A program made the position numbers and the translations under genes. From the NCBI GenBank assembly GCA_002811645.1, contig PDIP01000032.1, forward strand, positions 62,001 through 126,000: DNA of 64,000 nt, read 5' to 3'. Shown piece after piece: positions 12,301-22,424 of this stretch. Origin of the DNA: Corallochytrium limacisporum Hawaii. Lineage: Eukaryota; Protista; Pluriformea. A model generated the notes under the pieces. That model searched no databases, was not told the origin of the DNA, and saw nothing but the letters and a program-made list of their open reading frames with translations. Every line of letters starts with the position of its first letter. Position 1 is the first letter of the stretch.

Positions 12301-12522
12301 ACCGAGGCGTTTCCATGTCTTATCCAGACGCTTGCGCGTAACGATAGCCGCGGTCTGCTTCACAGCATCGTCCGAGTGCTCGGCAAGAATCTTTCCGGCA
12401 GCCCCGACTGCGTTCAGGTCCCGCTTGAACAGACCCTGTAGTTTGTTTGTGGCCTCGTTGACAGTGGCCGGGTTGAGATACTCCCGCAGGAGCTGCTCCA
12501 TCTGTGGTACCAATTCATCCAT
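9361..12522 (-). CDS. IPO4: Importin-4 / Kap123 (karyopherin beta)
   Basis: 1053-aa HEAT-repeat protein with an importin N-terminus (VKQTAAIVTRKR), YALDCFC, EKEIAIDTLG, DNVAGALGR and LPLREDFDE. Confidence 0.85.
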   Translation of the reverse strand: MDELVPQMEQLLREYLNPATVNEATNKLQGLFKRDLNAVGAAGKILAEHSDDAVKQTAAIVTRKRLDKTWKRLGSEQRTYLRNLYLQSAFRDNSRVVRKAAADLVSAVARVDYITPVDNEGVGQILGAVQQGLANGSVHEKESAMDILSLIIGHSGEELHGYFAQLYGMLDATLQARESTELVANTLVCLGSMSPYFEQDDVKPVQNMWPTVVHATAYVIQQGHDQVATAMEYFVDAITSELPLVTPHIQMITEFLIQLIESDDVEDETAKMKSLLCLQWIAQKRKVVLKMGMLQPMLRCTFKVLGMEIDEPNPDSLIARSQRQDQDEEGPDDEAESVEMRHYAREVIESLAKNMPADKFMPTLCTFASESINSPNYHFHRAAMDGIRASVYGCSAWVSEHLPEIMPWVGIGLNSGKQSVREAAVMCLAELSEKCSPEILDYADQIIPVLFQLIDDPSSNVKLKSLYALDCFCDGLKEKIVPYLQGLMNKLSQVFQATHHPDVLELAMLAISSVAESAASAFTAYFEPVVKAMQDILQSEKYDEKVKGYAIQCVGRIAKAVGREKFNPHIDPFMQFGVAVANQTEEADVRISAYNLFTEIATVMGPDFQHYFNTIMPLILKSATQAPPMEQLLAAAQEAVQNEDDIDNVEDLLVNAIKSDDIYEKEIAIDTLGVFAQHCGAPFFPYMQETVNALMENMAEVWGDVKVSSFRTLTRYVIAIHQGYAPGVKYPKGFPPQYQPEPNSHQLARQVIPALYDVIINEEEIVDVMNAVECVREIIEECGIAVVAEDITTLQDIIRSVMTSQTTCQKMNRDDDEVEEDEEEKAEYEASLIEFTFELVECLATQMGAAFLQHFSQALDLVARQYRQNNEGVERKLVPATFSEIIKQLDVAYEQVSSKYMDMLMSALDDDEDDVHHDAVFAIGLAYRNGGSHIRAKYGAPLLDKLRGLAQKAQGSSRAALSDNVAGALGRMLQYPTEYPADQVIALLLHLLPLREDFDEGEPIAVGLLTCLQAGVAVGPEVKTQLRTIGQMAAEEKIKLAPEVMTALQQACQ

Positions 12523-13127
12523 GACGAATCCGTGTGGTCATGTACCTACTGATACGTTTCGAAACGCGTAGAGGTTGCCTTTACATGATCAGAATTTGTC
12601 TGCGGAGGTACACAATGAAATACCTTTTGGCATCACCCATAGTTAAGGGCACCGTAGGCTCGTCAATTCTAAACACTGTGAGCTCTGAACAGAAGAGAGC
12701 CTCACACACAACAAACTCTCGACAGCCCTTAAAGGACATAGAGAAAAAACAGGCAAACACGCGTTCAGTCCCGCCGCTTGGGCCCCCAAACCCCTCACCG
12801 CGAGTGTGTCTGTCTCGCATCCGGCCTCCCCTCACAACGTGGCGCTGCTGGCGGTGGTGAGTCTCACGCAGCGAGACGCAGCGGTCCGGTTCTTTCACCA
12901 ATCCTCCCCGGGGGTGGGTGGCCAGTGTTAACACACAGGCTGAAAGGAAAACCTTAACTTTCTTTTCCAACGAGGCACGGCAGAACCGCGGAAACAAACT
13001 TTGGCCTGGTCTTTATCCCCGAACGCTGGATCTCTACTTCCCCTCACCCCCCTTCTCCTTTCTTTTTTTTTTGCAAAGCCCCAGCGCCCGATCGCCCCAG
13101 TGGCTTTCGCGCGAAAAATGATGCTTC

Positions 13128-13150
13128 AGAGAGAGAGGGAGAGAGAGCGA
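13128..13150. repeat. Imperfect (GA)n microsatellite
   Basis: agagagagagggagagagagcga is seen directly. Confidence 0.7.
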
Positions 13151-14545
13151 GCGACACGGGGAGCTCACACTCACAGAGAGGGAGGGAAGGGGAGGCCCCG
13201 GTGCCTCAGCCGGCCCTTTCCAGCAGGCCAGTGCCCCCACTGACACCGAGCGTAGTAGGGTGGTGTCGATCACATTCCCAGTCTTTGGCGACGCACCATC
13301 ATGTTCCTCTTCCGTAGCATCGTCAACACATCATCGTCCAGTTGCTGGGTGGGCTTCTTAAATTCAAAGGAAGACTATGATGGGATGAAGAGATACAACC
13401 AAGTCCAGAGCCGCGCGGTTTGAGTGATGACTGCCCATCCCCCCCCCCCCGGGGGGCGGGTGGCTTTTCGTTGTTTCATTTTGGCAGCAGTTTGAATACC
13501 GCACACCGCGTCGGCCCGAGACCTTCCCGGCGGGCCCGCGGAGACGAAACGGTGTGCAAAGGGGGTCTCCCTCCGCGTTCTGCTCCTTCACACACACTCC
13601 CCCCCTCCACCACCACCACCACCAGCGCAGCCCCAAGAGAAAGTGGCTCTCGTCGGCGCACGACCCACCCATGCGGTAAAGGCGGACGAAGAATATGACC
13701 GCCCCGCGGTTGGGGGGAAGGAGGCAAATGACTGTTCAACATTTCGGTTGACTTCTCGGTACATTTACTATGAAGAAAGGAATTCCCATTCGTTCGCTAG
13801 GGAGATAAGGAAAGGTTTAAAACTGGAAGGGGTGGGTGTTCGGGAGCCAAAGTATACCAGAGGCCCTGGGTCCGCACGATCAATAAATTTCCAACACCAC
13901 CCCCCCCCCAAGCGGGGTGTGTTTCCCATTCGACATCCGGTGCCTGGAATCGAATCGCACGGGTCCAAGCGGGCCAGTTATCTTTCAACACGGTACAACG
14001 GCAGGGGTGAGTTTTTTTGCCATAATGCCCCGATAAAAAATATGCTGCAGGAGCGTCCAACATTGGTCGGTATTAACGTCCTTTATTCCCAACATCGTTT
14101 CCTCCCACTCCGTCTTTTCCCAGTGGTACGCCATATGACTACACGGGCGGGTTTGGCGAGGTTTCGGAGTTGGTCGGTCCGAAACAATCTCGTTCTTGAC
14201 ATGGGACGTTATGCCCCCCAACCCCAACCGAGAGATGGCCATATTTTCCTCTTTTCATGCTTTGGGCCTTTATTTTTTTGGATTGCGTACCCATACTCCC
14301 CAACGTATAACATCAGTTGGGCCCGCCTGGCCCGTTCGTGCGTTTCCGCAGGTCCCGCCATGGTGACCTGAAGGCACGGCTCATTTGCGGGGGAGACTGC
14401 AACCGGGTCCTGTCGGGGTTGATAAGGGTTGAGTCTTGTGCATGAGGTGCACTTCATATGTGTCGTTTATCACTAGAGCATAGGGAGTGGGTGAAAGCGA
14501 AATAATTTGAGCGTCTTCTTCGACCAAATCATACATGGAAACACC

Positions 14546-15211
14546 ATGGTAAGGGACATTCTTCAGCAACGCCTGCGCGACCATGCCCTGCTGAACCTGA
14601 AGTGGACCGACGCTGGTGAAGAGTTCTGGGGACCCCTGGAGGCCACGGTCGAAACCGAGGGCAAGACAGTGAAGATTTGGCAGAGACGTCTGCAGGATAC
14701 CAATGATCTTGTGTGTTTCAAGCTTGTCAGGGAGGAGCCTGCCATGCGCAGTGCAAAGGAATTGGCCATGGCATACGCTGCTATGACCGACGACGACTTT
14801 CTGGACTTCGATTACGAAGTTGCCAAGCGCGAAACCGTGCACGACGTGAGCGAAGGTGATGATAATTTGCGTGTGTTTTATATGGCATCCAACCTGCCTT
14901 GGCCTCTGAGCAACCGCGACATGGTGGTTGGACATGGACTATTTCACGACCTTGTAGACGGGGTAGTAGTGATCAGTGAACATTCTGTGGATGACCTAGC
15001 GGAAGAAGAGCGTCCGGAAGGACACAATGGACATGTTCGATGTCATGTGGCCACCAGTAGTTGGATATTCAAGGATCTGCCGACCGGTGGTTGCCAGATC
15101 ATACGGTACATGAGCTTCGCACCAAACGGATACATTCCCAATCGCCTCGCGAGCAGCAAACTAGCCGGTACTCGCAACAAATGGTGTAAGCAAATGGCTG
15201 TCATGACTTAA
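14546..15211 (+). CDS. START-domain lipid-binding protein
   Basis: LPWPLSNRDMV, GHVRC and PNGYIP motifs. The ATG at 14546 is in accATGG context. Confidence 0.85.
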   Translation: MVRDILQQRLRDHALLNLKWTDAGEEFWGPLEATVETEGKTVKIWQRRLQDTNDLVCFKLVREEPAMRSAKELAMAYAAMTDDDFLDFDYEVAKRETVHDVSEGDDNLRVFYMASNLPWPLSNRDMVVGHGLFHDLVDGVVVISEHSVDDLAEEERPEGHNGHVRCHVATSSWIFKDLPTGGCQIIRYMSFAPNGYIPNRLASSKLAGTRNKWCKQMAVMT

Positions 15212-15280
15212 GTCAAACTTATGCACATCACATAAAGAAACAATTCTAGAGATATATATACATATGTATATATAAGTAAT

Positions 15281-16702
15281 CTATGTATCACTTCGTGGCA
15301 TGGGCGGGATTAAAACTTTACCCTCCATAATGATGCGCGCAGTCCTCCGGATCTCTGTCCATTCGCAGACTCCGTCCGATTTTCGTACACAAGCGCGGCT
15401 GTCTGCCACGCCTGCTGGATGGCCAGCACGGATGCTGCCAATGACACATGCTTCACCATCAGAGACAGCAGTCTCTGTCTGACTTGACTTAGTTGCAGCT
15501 TCCGCCTTGACGTCGTGAGGCACAGTACCCGGGATGGCACAGGAAGCGGACAGAGCCATCAGAGACGTACCCATGATCGATGCATGAAAGTTCTCGACAC
15601 TGACAGGGCGAACAGTTAAATCCTGGCTATCTTTCGTTACGAGATCCCCAGCAGAAGACTTGTATTCTCGAGGTCGACCGACGAGCACAATCTTCGGCTG
15701 GGCACTGCCCCGGGCATCCTCCGGTCTCGCCACCAGGCCGAGTTTCACTGCTGCAGCTGCTCGCAAAGTCTCCGTGGCTTCAAACAGGTCTGGGTGGTTG
15801 TCTAACTCTTTGTTGGTCTTCCCGAGGAATTCATCGTCATAACCACGGGACGAGGGATCGACCTCCTTGACGCCCTCTCCGTCAGGACCAACATCCGAAG
15901 CCCTCACAAATACCGTGGGGATACCAACATCAATTATTGAACAAGGAATTTTAGAGGGTCCTAGTTCGTCCACTTCATTACCCGTCGGGAGTGAGCTGCC
16001 ACCCTGCGGATGACCCTTGGGCAGCCCCAGGGTGCCACCCGGATCCAAGAATCGGAGTAGAATGGGTGCTGCTGATCCGGGTACTCCCGCAATCACTTCA
16101 CTTCCTGTGGCTGGCACGCGAAAGGGGAATCGATACTCTGGTGCTTGCTCTAATTGCTCTTCTTCTAAAACTGCTTCCACTGGGACAATGGCCTCAAGAA
16201 GCTTCTTGCTGTTGGTGGCAAGAATTTTGAATTTGGCGAGTTTTTGCTTCTCGTCAATGCATTCCCTGGGCACCAACCCGCGGTTGAATGCCAGCATTGC
16301 TGCGGCTGCTGAAATGTTTCCACAGCTCGCTGACCAGTCAATTGCGGCCTCACGCACAGCAACTTGTCCAAAGTTGTAGGTGACGTGGTGTGCTTGGCCC
16401 TGTTCGGTCTTTCCAAGGATAGCCACCTTTGACAAGGACGAGATGCCACCGCCAAGTCCGTCTATCTGACGGCCATATGGATCCGGCGAACCCATTGCAA
16501 CTAAAACGGCCGCGTCGATTTCTACAGGATTCATCTTTGCTAAATCTTCTTCCATGAGCAATAATCCGCGTGATGTACCTCCACGCGCAAATACGGCGCG
16601 GAGGGCCCTGTTCATATTGTCCGAGCGCTGAATTCCTTGGCCTGGCATCCACAAAAGTTCTCTTTGGGCCAGAAAAAGTTCAAGAATGCGTGCCTTGTTC
16701 AT
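15281..16702 (-). CDS. prpF: PrpF-family isomerase (2-methylaconitate cis-trans isomerase-like)
   Basis: RGGTSRG, MGSPDPYGRQIDGLGGGISSLSKV, CGNIS, GVPGSAA and RTARIIMEG. The exact start Met is uncertain. Confidence 0.9.
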   Translation of the reverse strand: MNKARILELFLAQRELLWMPGQGIQRSDNMNRALRAVFARGGTSRGLLLMEEDLAKMNPVEIDAAVLVAMGSPDPYGRQIDGLGGGISSLSKVAILGKTEQGQAHHVTYNFGQVAVREAAIDWSASCGNISAAAAMLAFNRGLVPRECIDEKQKLAKFKILATNSKKLLEAIVPVEAVLEEEQLEQAPEYRFPFRVPATGSEVIAGVPGSAAPILLRFLDPGGTLGLPKGHPQGGSSLPTGNEVDELGPSKIPCSIIDVGIPTVFVRASDVGPDGEGVKEVDPSSRGYDDEFLGKTNKELDNHPDLFEATETLRAAAAVKLGLVARPEDARGSAQPKIVLVGRPREYKSSAGDLVTKDSQDLTVRPVSVENFHASIMGTSLMALSASCAIPGTVPHDVKAEAATKSSQTETAVSDGEACVIGSIRAGHPAGVADSRACVRKSDGVCEWTEIRRTARIIMEGKVLIPPMPRSDT

Positions 16703-17093
16703 AGGATACCAATGGTTTAACTTGATGAATACCTTGCAGTGTGTACGATAACCAGAATGTTGATCACCATTGACATGAACAAATCTGGCCTCCTCTAGCC
16801 ATCAGCCAAACGTGAGGTGAGCCGCGAGACCCGCACAACAGGGAGCCCTCCCGTCCCCTCCCCCCTTTGCTGACTGTACGGTCTAGCAGTGGGTTTGCCT
16901 GGCTGCAGAAAAATTTCCCTTTCATTAGAACCCCCGGCCATTTTGATCACACCGGGCCCGCCTTGGGGTTGGGCAGTTTTGAAAATTCTACCTACAATGA
17001 CCGTAACATAAACCATATATCTGGATATATTCAACAGTATGTTAAGTATTGTATTCAAAAAGAAAAAGAAAAAGAAGCAGAGGTTTTGGGACC

Positions 17094-20000
17094 TCACGAG
17101 TCCTTCAGAAGTTCGGAGAGTAGTCCGTTCGGATCCTGAAAGTTGGACATCGCATCCGCGTACGCGGAGCGAATGTCCGCTGGAGAGGCTCGGGTGCTGC
17201 CATTATTGTTAGGCTGCGGTATACCGAAGGGGGCCATCGATGCGGCACCACGACCAGGTATGCCACCGGCTGCTCCGTTCCTGTTGAGTGTTGCTCCCGC
17301 TCCTGTGGATCCGAAAAGAATGTTGGCTCCGGAATTGGCAACCGCTCCATTGTGACCCGGGCGAATTTGGCCAAAGACTTCACCGACGCCTGGTTGCCTG
17401 TCCTCGGAAGCAGCCATCGCCTTCGACAATTCGTCGTCGAGGGCGCTTGCTGAGGAAGAAGTGATGCCATTGTCTTCCACGTCCATAACGGTCACTGCAG
17501 CATGAGCTGGCGTGCTCGACAGAGCAGGGGACCCCGACAAGGCGCTTCCGCTGAAACCAGGACTCACAACAGATTCCGGTGAGGCAAACGAAGTGAACCC
17601 AATCGGTGAAGCGGCTGATTGGCTCATGGCCCGTTGCTGCTGTTGAGAGTTTGGATCCGACTTGCCAGACCCACGGCTGAGACTGTTCTGCAGATTCAGC
17701 ATGGCCCGCATTACAATCTGGTGTTTCTTCATTGGCTGGCAAACATCTTGAATCCAAGATTCAACCCGCTGCACGGAGGAGTATTCCTGGCGAGCGCTGT
17801 ACTCTTCAAAGATGTCAAAGACAGGATCCAGCAGGGCACAAAATGTGAAGAATTTGATGTTTTGGGCACTGTTCTGTTGCAGATATTCCTTGTACATTTC
17901 ACGTACGCTCATGCCTTCGTTGGTAATGCCCAGCTGTGCTTTAGTCGGCATGCGCATCTGATTGTGGTAAATCTGAATTCGCAGGGCGTAAATCTCTGCG
18001 CTAATCTTGCCCTTTTCGCTCTGCAGGTAGTCCTTCGTCTTTGTCAGATTCTTCACATGATCTATGGCCTTCTGTAGAATTGCTGCCTTGGAAATGCGCT
18101 GATTCGGTAGCACAGACTGACAGTCCGGAATGAGGGCCTGCAGCTCAGGGAAACCAGCCTTTTCGCGGATGCTCGCCCGGCGCTGTTTGCTTTCCCAGCC
18201 CTGGGCTGAAGATGGAATGGCAGGATTCTTGGCATCTTCCGCGTTCAGGCTACCCGTACTTGCCCGAGTGGTTCCATCTCGATTGATAGGAGTACCATCC
18301 GGTCCGAGATGATCACGGGCCTTTCCAACGCTGGTCAATCCAGGTAGACCCGCAAACGGCACACTCTTCTGCTTCTGCACAAGGAAATCAATCTGAGCTT
18401 GGTACAGCTGAACGAGGTCTTTCCCTCTGTTAGCTTGAGCCTTCTGGATCATTTCTGCTTCATTTTCCATACCTACTGGATCTGGGCTGACCGTATTCGA
18501 CATGCCTGGCATCATGCCTACGGTCATATTAGGATATCCACTCATATAGGGCATGGTTCCCCTAGGTGCCACATTCGGCCTGAGCATTGCAGAGCTTCCA
18601 GGTTTTGCTGCTAATGGCTTTGCTGCAAGAGTCTTTCCCGTCTTTTTCTGTGATCCTGAGGAAGATGCTGCCGGGCGGATGTTGCCGGTTGCTGCCCCAG
18701 GCATTGGAGGCATCCCAGGCATCGGAGGCATCCCAGGCATCGGAGGCATTCCCGGCATAGCACCCGCTGCCATAGCGCCCATCATCATGGCCCACGCCTG
18801 AGGTGCCATTGCTGGCATTGCTGGCATGGCACCTCCAGCACTAGCGGCTTGAGTCATTTGCTGCATCTGTTGGAAGAACATCTTCTGCGCCTCGGGCGTC
18901 ATCATATTGGGCGGGAAACCAGGCATTGGCATCATTGGGGTTGGAGCTGATGTAGCCCCAGGCGGCACCGCCGGCTTCTTGGCTTCAGTACGACCTTTCT
19001 TTGCAGGCTGTTGCATGCCAATCTGTGGCGATGAGGTCGCCCCTCCCAGATCCGATGTCGATAACCCGAAGGGATTGGGTACAGCCGGAGGGTTCATACC
19101 GAGACGTTCAGAGTTTTGCTTCTTTGGCATGGCTGGCCTTTCCGGTGCAATTCCCCGGCTCATCGGCCTGATACGCTCGGATTGCTGCTTCGGGGGCATT
19201 GCCGGGCGCTGTGGCACGAACGACTCTCTGCCATTGGGCACTGTGGCAGAAGCAGCGGGTGCAGTTGCCCTCATTCCTGAATCACCGCCGAGCAGGTCAT
19301 TGATTTGCACGACATCCATGCCAGAAAAGCCTACATTCTTGTGGGGTTGTGCATTTTTTGCCTTTGGCTTGCGATTATGTCTCGCTTGAGGCTGACCAAA
19401 TGTGCCCCATTCGAGACTTCCATGCTGTTGGGCCTGTTGCAAAGACTTCAATTTTTCTTGTTCTTGTTGTCGACGTTGCTGCTGCAGTTGTTGAGCCTGC
19501 AGCTGCTTGCGTTCTCGTTCCTTTGCACTGTATACTCCATCAGGAGCCCGGAAAGGCATTGTGTTGAAGTTTCCGGTGTCGGGTTCTCTCGAAGAGAACA
19601 GAGTATCGGCAATATGGTCCAACATTTCCAGCTGCACCTCCTGCTCATTATTGGTCAAATGCCACTCCAAGAGATCTCCATGGGTTGCACCAAAGTCAGA
19701 GGTAAGCATTCTCTCCAATTCAGCACCGTCTAAGAGCATCTGGTCCAGGTCGAAATCGTCTTGTCCCGCAAGACCAACCATTCCTTGCGCTTGCCCAAGG
19801 TTGCCGCTCTCCTGGCCCACGCCAGCCATACCATCTTGCTGGTGAGCTAGCATACGCTCCCGTGCTTCCTGGGCCCGCTTGACCTTAGCAGCATTCCAGT
19901 GTCGCCAAAGTTTGTATTCAATGCTGACTGCCTCAGCGCGTCGCTTCCAGTACTCTGCATGGTCCCTTGTAGACTGTGTTTGCGTCGAGCTTGCCCGAGG

Positions 20001-20354
20001 ATCCTTCTCCACAGCGTCTACATCAACGTCAAAGCTGAAGAATGGGATGCGCATGCCAAACATGTAATGCATATGCCAGCACCGCCAAATGGCATTATCA
20101 AGCCGCTTCCGTTCCGTAACATCGATCTTGTGGTGCTTGCCACGCGCAAACTTTTTCCAAGAAATCTGCACGCGACTCTTGCTAAGATATTCCAAGGTCA
20201 AAAGCTGAAACAACTGTGCAAAATTCTCTTCCTCTGTGGTTGTGAACATGACCTGCACCTTGCGCTTATGCGATCCTTGTGAGGACGCCCGCCGCAAAGG
20301 AGCCTTCATCTGAGGCTCGTCCACCTCACCGAGGTCATACCCGTTGTACGGCAT
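17094..20354 (-). CDS. MLXIP: MondoA/ChREBP-like bHLH-ZIP transcription factor
   Basis: Mondo conserved regions FAQLFQLLTLEY, RLDNAIWRCWHMHY, YWKRRAEAVSIEYKLWRHW and ADTLFS; HLH ISKAAILQKAIDHV; zipper; DCD/WMC-like IKFFTFC. Confidence 0.85.
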   Translation of the reverse strand: MPYNGYDLGEVDEPQMKAPLRRASSQGSHKRKVQVMFTTTEEENFAQLFQLLTLEYLSKSRVQISWKKFARGKHHKIDVTERKRLDNAIWRCWHMHYMFGMRIPFFSFDVDVDAVEKDPRASSTQTQSTRDHAEYWKRRAEAVSIEYKLWRHWNAAKVKRAQEARERMLAHQQDGMAGVGQESGNLGQAQGMVGLAGQDDFDLDQMLLDGAELERMLTSDFGATHGDLLEWHLTNNEQEVQLEMLDHIADTLFSSREPDTGNFNTMPFRAPDGVYSAKERERKQLQAQQLQQQRRQQEQEKLKSLQQAQQHGSLEWGTFGQPQARHNRKPKAKNAQPHKNVGFSGMDVVQINDLLGGDSGMRATAPAASATVPNGRESFVPQRPAMPPKQQSERIRPMSRGIAPERPAMPKKQNSERLGMNPPAVPNPFGLSTSDLGGATSSPQIGMQQPAKKGRTEAKKPAVPPGATSAPTPMMPMPGFPPNMMTPEAQKMFFQQMQQMTQAASAGGAMPAMPAMAPQAWAMMMGAMAAGAMPGMPPMPGMPPMPGMPPMPGAATGNIRPAASSSGSQKKTGKTLAAKPLAAKPGSSAMLRPNVAPRGTMPYMSGYPNMTVGMMPGMSNTVSPDPVGMENEAEMIQKAQANRGKDLVQLYQAQIDFLVQKQKSVPFAGLPGLTSVGKARDHLGPDGTPINRDGTTRASTGSLNAEDAKNPAIPSSAQGWESKQRRASIREKAGFPELQALIPDCQSVLPNQRISKAAILQKAIDHVKNLTKTKDYLQSEKGKISAEIYALRIQIYHNQMRMPTKAQLGITNEGMSVREMYKEYLQQNSAQNIKFFTFCALLDPVFDIFEEYSARQEYSSVQRVESWIQDVCQPMKKHQIVMRAMLNLQNSLSRGSGKSDPNSQQQQRAMSQSAASPIGFTSFASPESVVSPGFSGSALSGSPALSSTPAHAAVTVMDVEDNGITSSSASALDDELSKAMAASEDRQPGVGEVFGQIRPGHNGAVANSGANILFGSTGAGATLNRNGAAGGIPGRGAASMAPFGIPQPNNNGSTRASPADIRSAYADAMSNFQDPNGLLSELLKDS
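18696..18758 (-). repeat. 18-bp coding tandem repeat (GMPPMP x3) in the Mondo-like gene
   Basis: ggcatcggaggcatccca-type units are repeated about 3.5 times. Confidence 0.85.
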
Positions 20355-20789
20355 GTTCTCGATCTTCTTATGTATAACTGTGTAGAACTATTCTACATTC
20401 GCATGTTCAGACGTACTCTACCCCAATTGTCAACTGTCTACATTATTTGAGACATTCCTGTCACAAATTTCGAAGCTGTGCTTTCAGATAGATAGATAGA
20501 TCCCTGTCTGTTCTTTAACCATATAACTACTTCTTGTTATTCCTGTTCAACCATGATTGATTTCAAAGATTCCGAAATAGCTTCCATAAGGTTTCAGACT
20601 CCCGGATCCACGTTTACACAGGACGTATTGTCGCCACCATCCACAAATTCTGCAAGCGTTGCTACCAAACCCAACTTTCTTTGGGAAGTATTGCCACCAG
20701 CCACCTCACCAATGTGGTACCCGCCACAGCCAACCCACAGCAGCTACCAGACCGACCATTTCCATTCTCCCCCCTTCCGGGGGTTACGC

Positions 20790-20994
20790 NNNNNNNNNNN
20801 NNNNNNNNNNNNNNNNNNNNNNNNNNNNNNNNNNNNNNNNNNNNNNNNNNNNNNNNNNNNNNNNNNNNNNNNNNNNNNNNNNNNNNNNNNNNNNNNNNNN
20901 NNNNNNNNNNNNNNNNNNNNNNNNNNNNNNNNNNNNNNNNNNNNNNNNNNNNNNNNNNNNNNNNNNNNNNNNNNNNNNNNNNNNNNNNNNNNNN
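20790..20994. other. Assembly gap (run of N)
   Basis: 205 N characters. Confidence 1.
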
Positions 20995-22424
20995 CCCAAC
21001 CCCTCCCTCTCTCCCCCAAACTCCCCCCTTCCGGGGGTTACGCTTCCGCTTGCCACTTTGTTTCCCCTCCTCGCGGACTACGGTACTTTCTCTATTGATC
21101 AAGAATCAGAAGTCCCACCCGCCCAACCTTGGGAAAAACCCACAGCCTTTCTTTGGATTGTCGCGCAAACACTCAAGCGGTGCAGGGAGAAGAAAGGGGA
21201 GGGGGGCTTACGGGCAACCGGGTGCTCTCTGCACCGGCAGGTGAGTACTGCAGTACGGGTGTACAGTTAATGTATTGCCCAATTCATTACTATTGGGAGG
21301 CGTGTTTTTTTCCTCTTTTTTTTTTTTTTTTTTGCACAGGGGCCCTTCTGGGCTCCAGACTGCGTAAACCAGCCGACCCGTGGCTTACGTCTACCGCCCT
21401 CACGCACTTTGACTACTGCCACCTTCCAAAACGGAGGTGAATTCCTGTGTGTGAACGATGACGGAAGCAAACTTGCGCTGAGGAAGTAGCTTGAAGGATT
21501 GGGAGGGGGATAGGGCAAGTGTAGGGGAGGATGAGTAAGAAAACTAACACCACTTTCCTTGTCCAAGTACAGCCAAACAGCGGCGTCGTATCACACTCTG
21601 CGCCCCATTGCCAGGAATTAGGACCTTCGAATATATTTTTAATACGGCCAGTGGACGTGGATGACCGTTGATGCCTGGTGCGTAACCGTACTCAAAGTAC
21701 TGTGACTGACGAGCTACCAATGGAATGTATCATGAACATTTAGGGGACTAGATTGGTCCCTGGTACAACGTTCTGCGCATGTTTTTGCATGGTGGCCCCA
21801 GATGGCCTTACAGAGCATAGAGACATAGATCCGGGACTGGCTGCAACACTTCGTCGGCACCACTGCGAACCCGCCTGAACCACAAGGAAAGAGTTGAAGA
21901 TCTGTTGCTGCTGCGCGCTTTAACCCACCTGCACCTTTGCTGGAATACCCATTTGTCGCACTCTCGAACGATACTTAGGAACTCCTCATGGATTGGCCAT
22001 TGGTTTCTAATCGATTGATGAAACCCTGCACAGTGAATCGATGATGGCTGCAAAAGGAATGGTCGTTAATTTCCCCCCACCCGCACAGCAGGACCGGGGA
22101 CCTGTGAATATAGTGGAAACGCGGAAAGAAAATGGTCGAAATCAGAATGCTCCGGATGTCATCCATAGTTAGGGGCCTATTTTAGACTGGCTGCGATCCC
22201 ATCTGCGCGGAGGGTGCGTGTTCGTGTGGGAGGACTGGGACAGAAACACGGCAGAGTCGATATGGTTCGGATATAGATGTAATCACCGTAGTCTATTTCA
22301 GGGACTAACGGCTCAGGTTTGTGTAATTGTTTGCAGCATAGAAATTAAACCCTCTGAGTTTCTACATACTATGTGCGCACGTAGATCACGGACGATAATG
22401 TGACGTTTGCATGCCCTTAATACA

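Noticed and set aside
13643-14371. 242-aa ORF upstream of the START gene
   Set aside because: Non-ATG start, runs through promoter-type C/G tracts, and has no protein-like motifs.
20553-21270. ORFs spanning the N run
   Set aside because: Artefacts of translating through the assembly gap.
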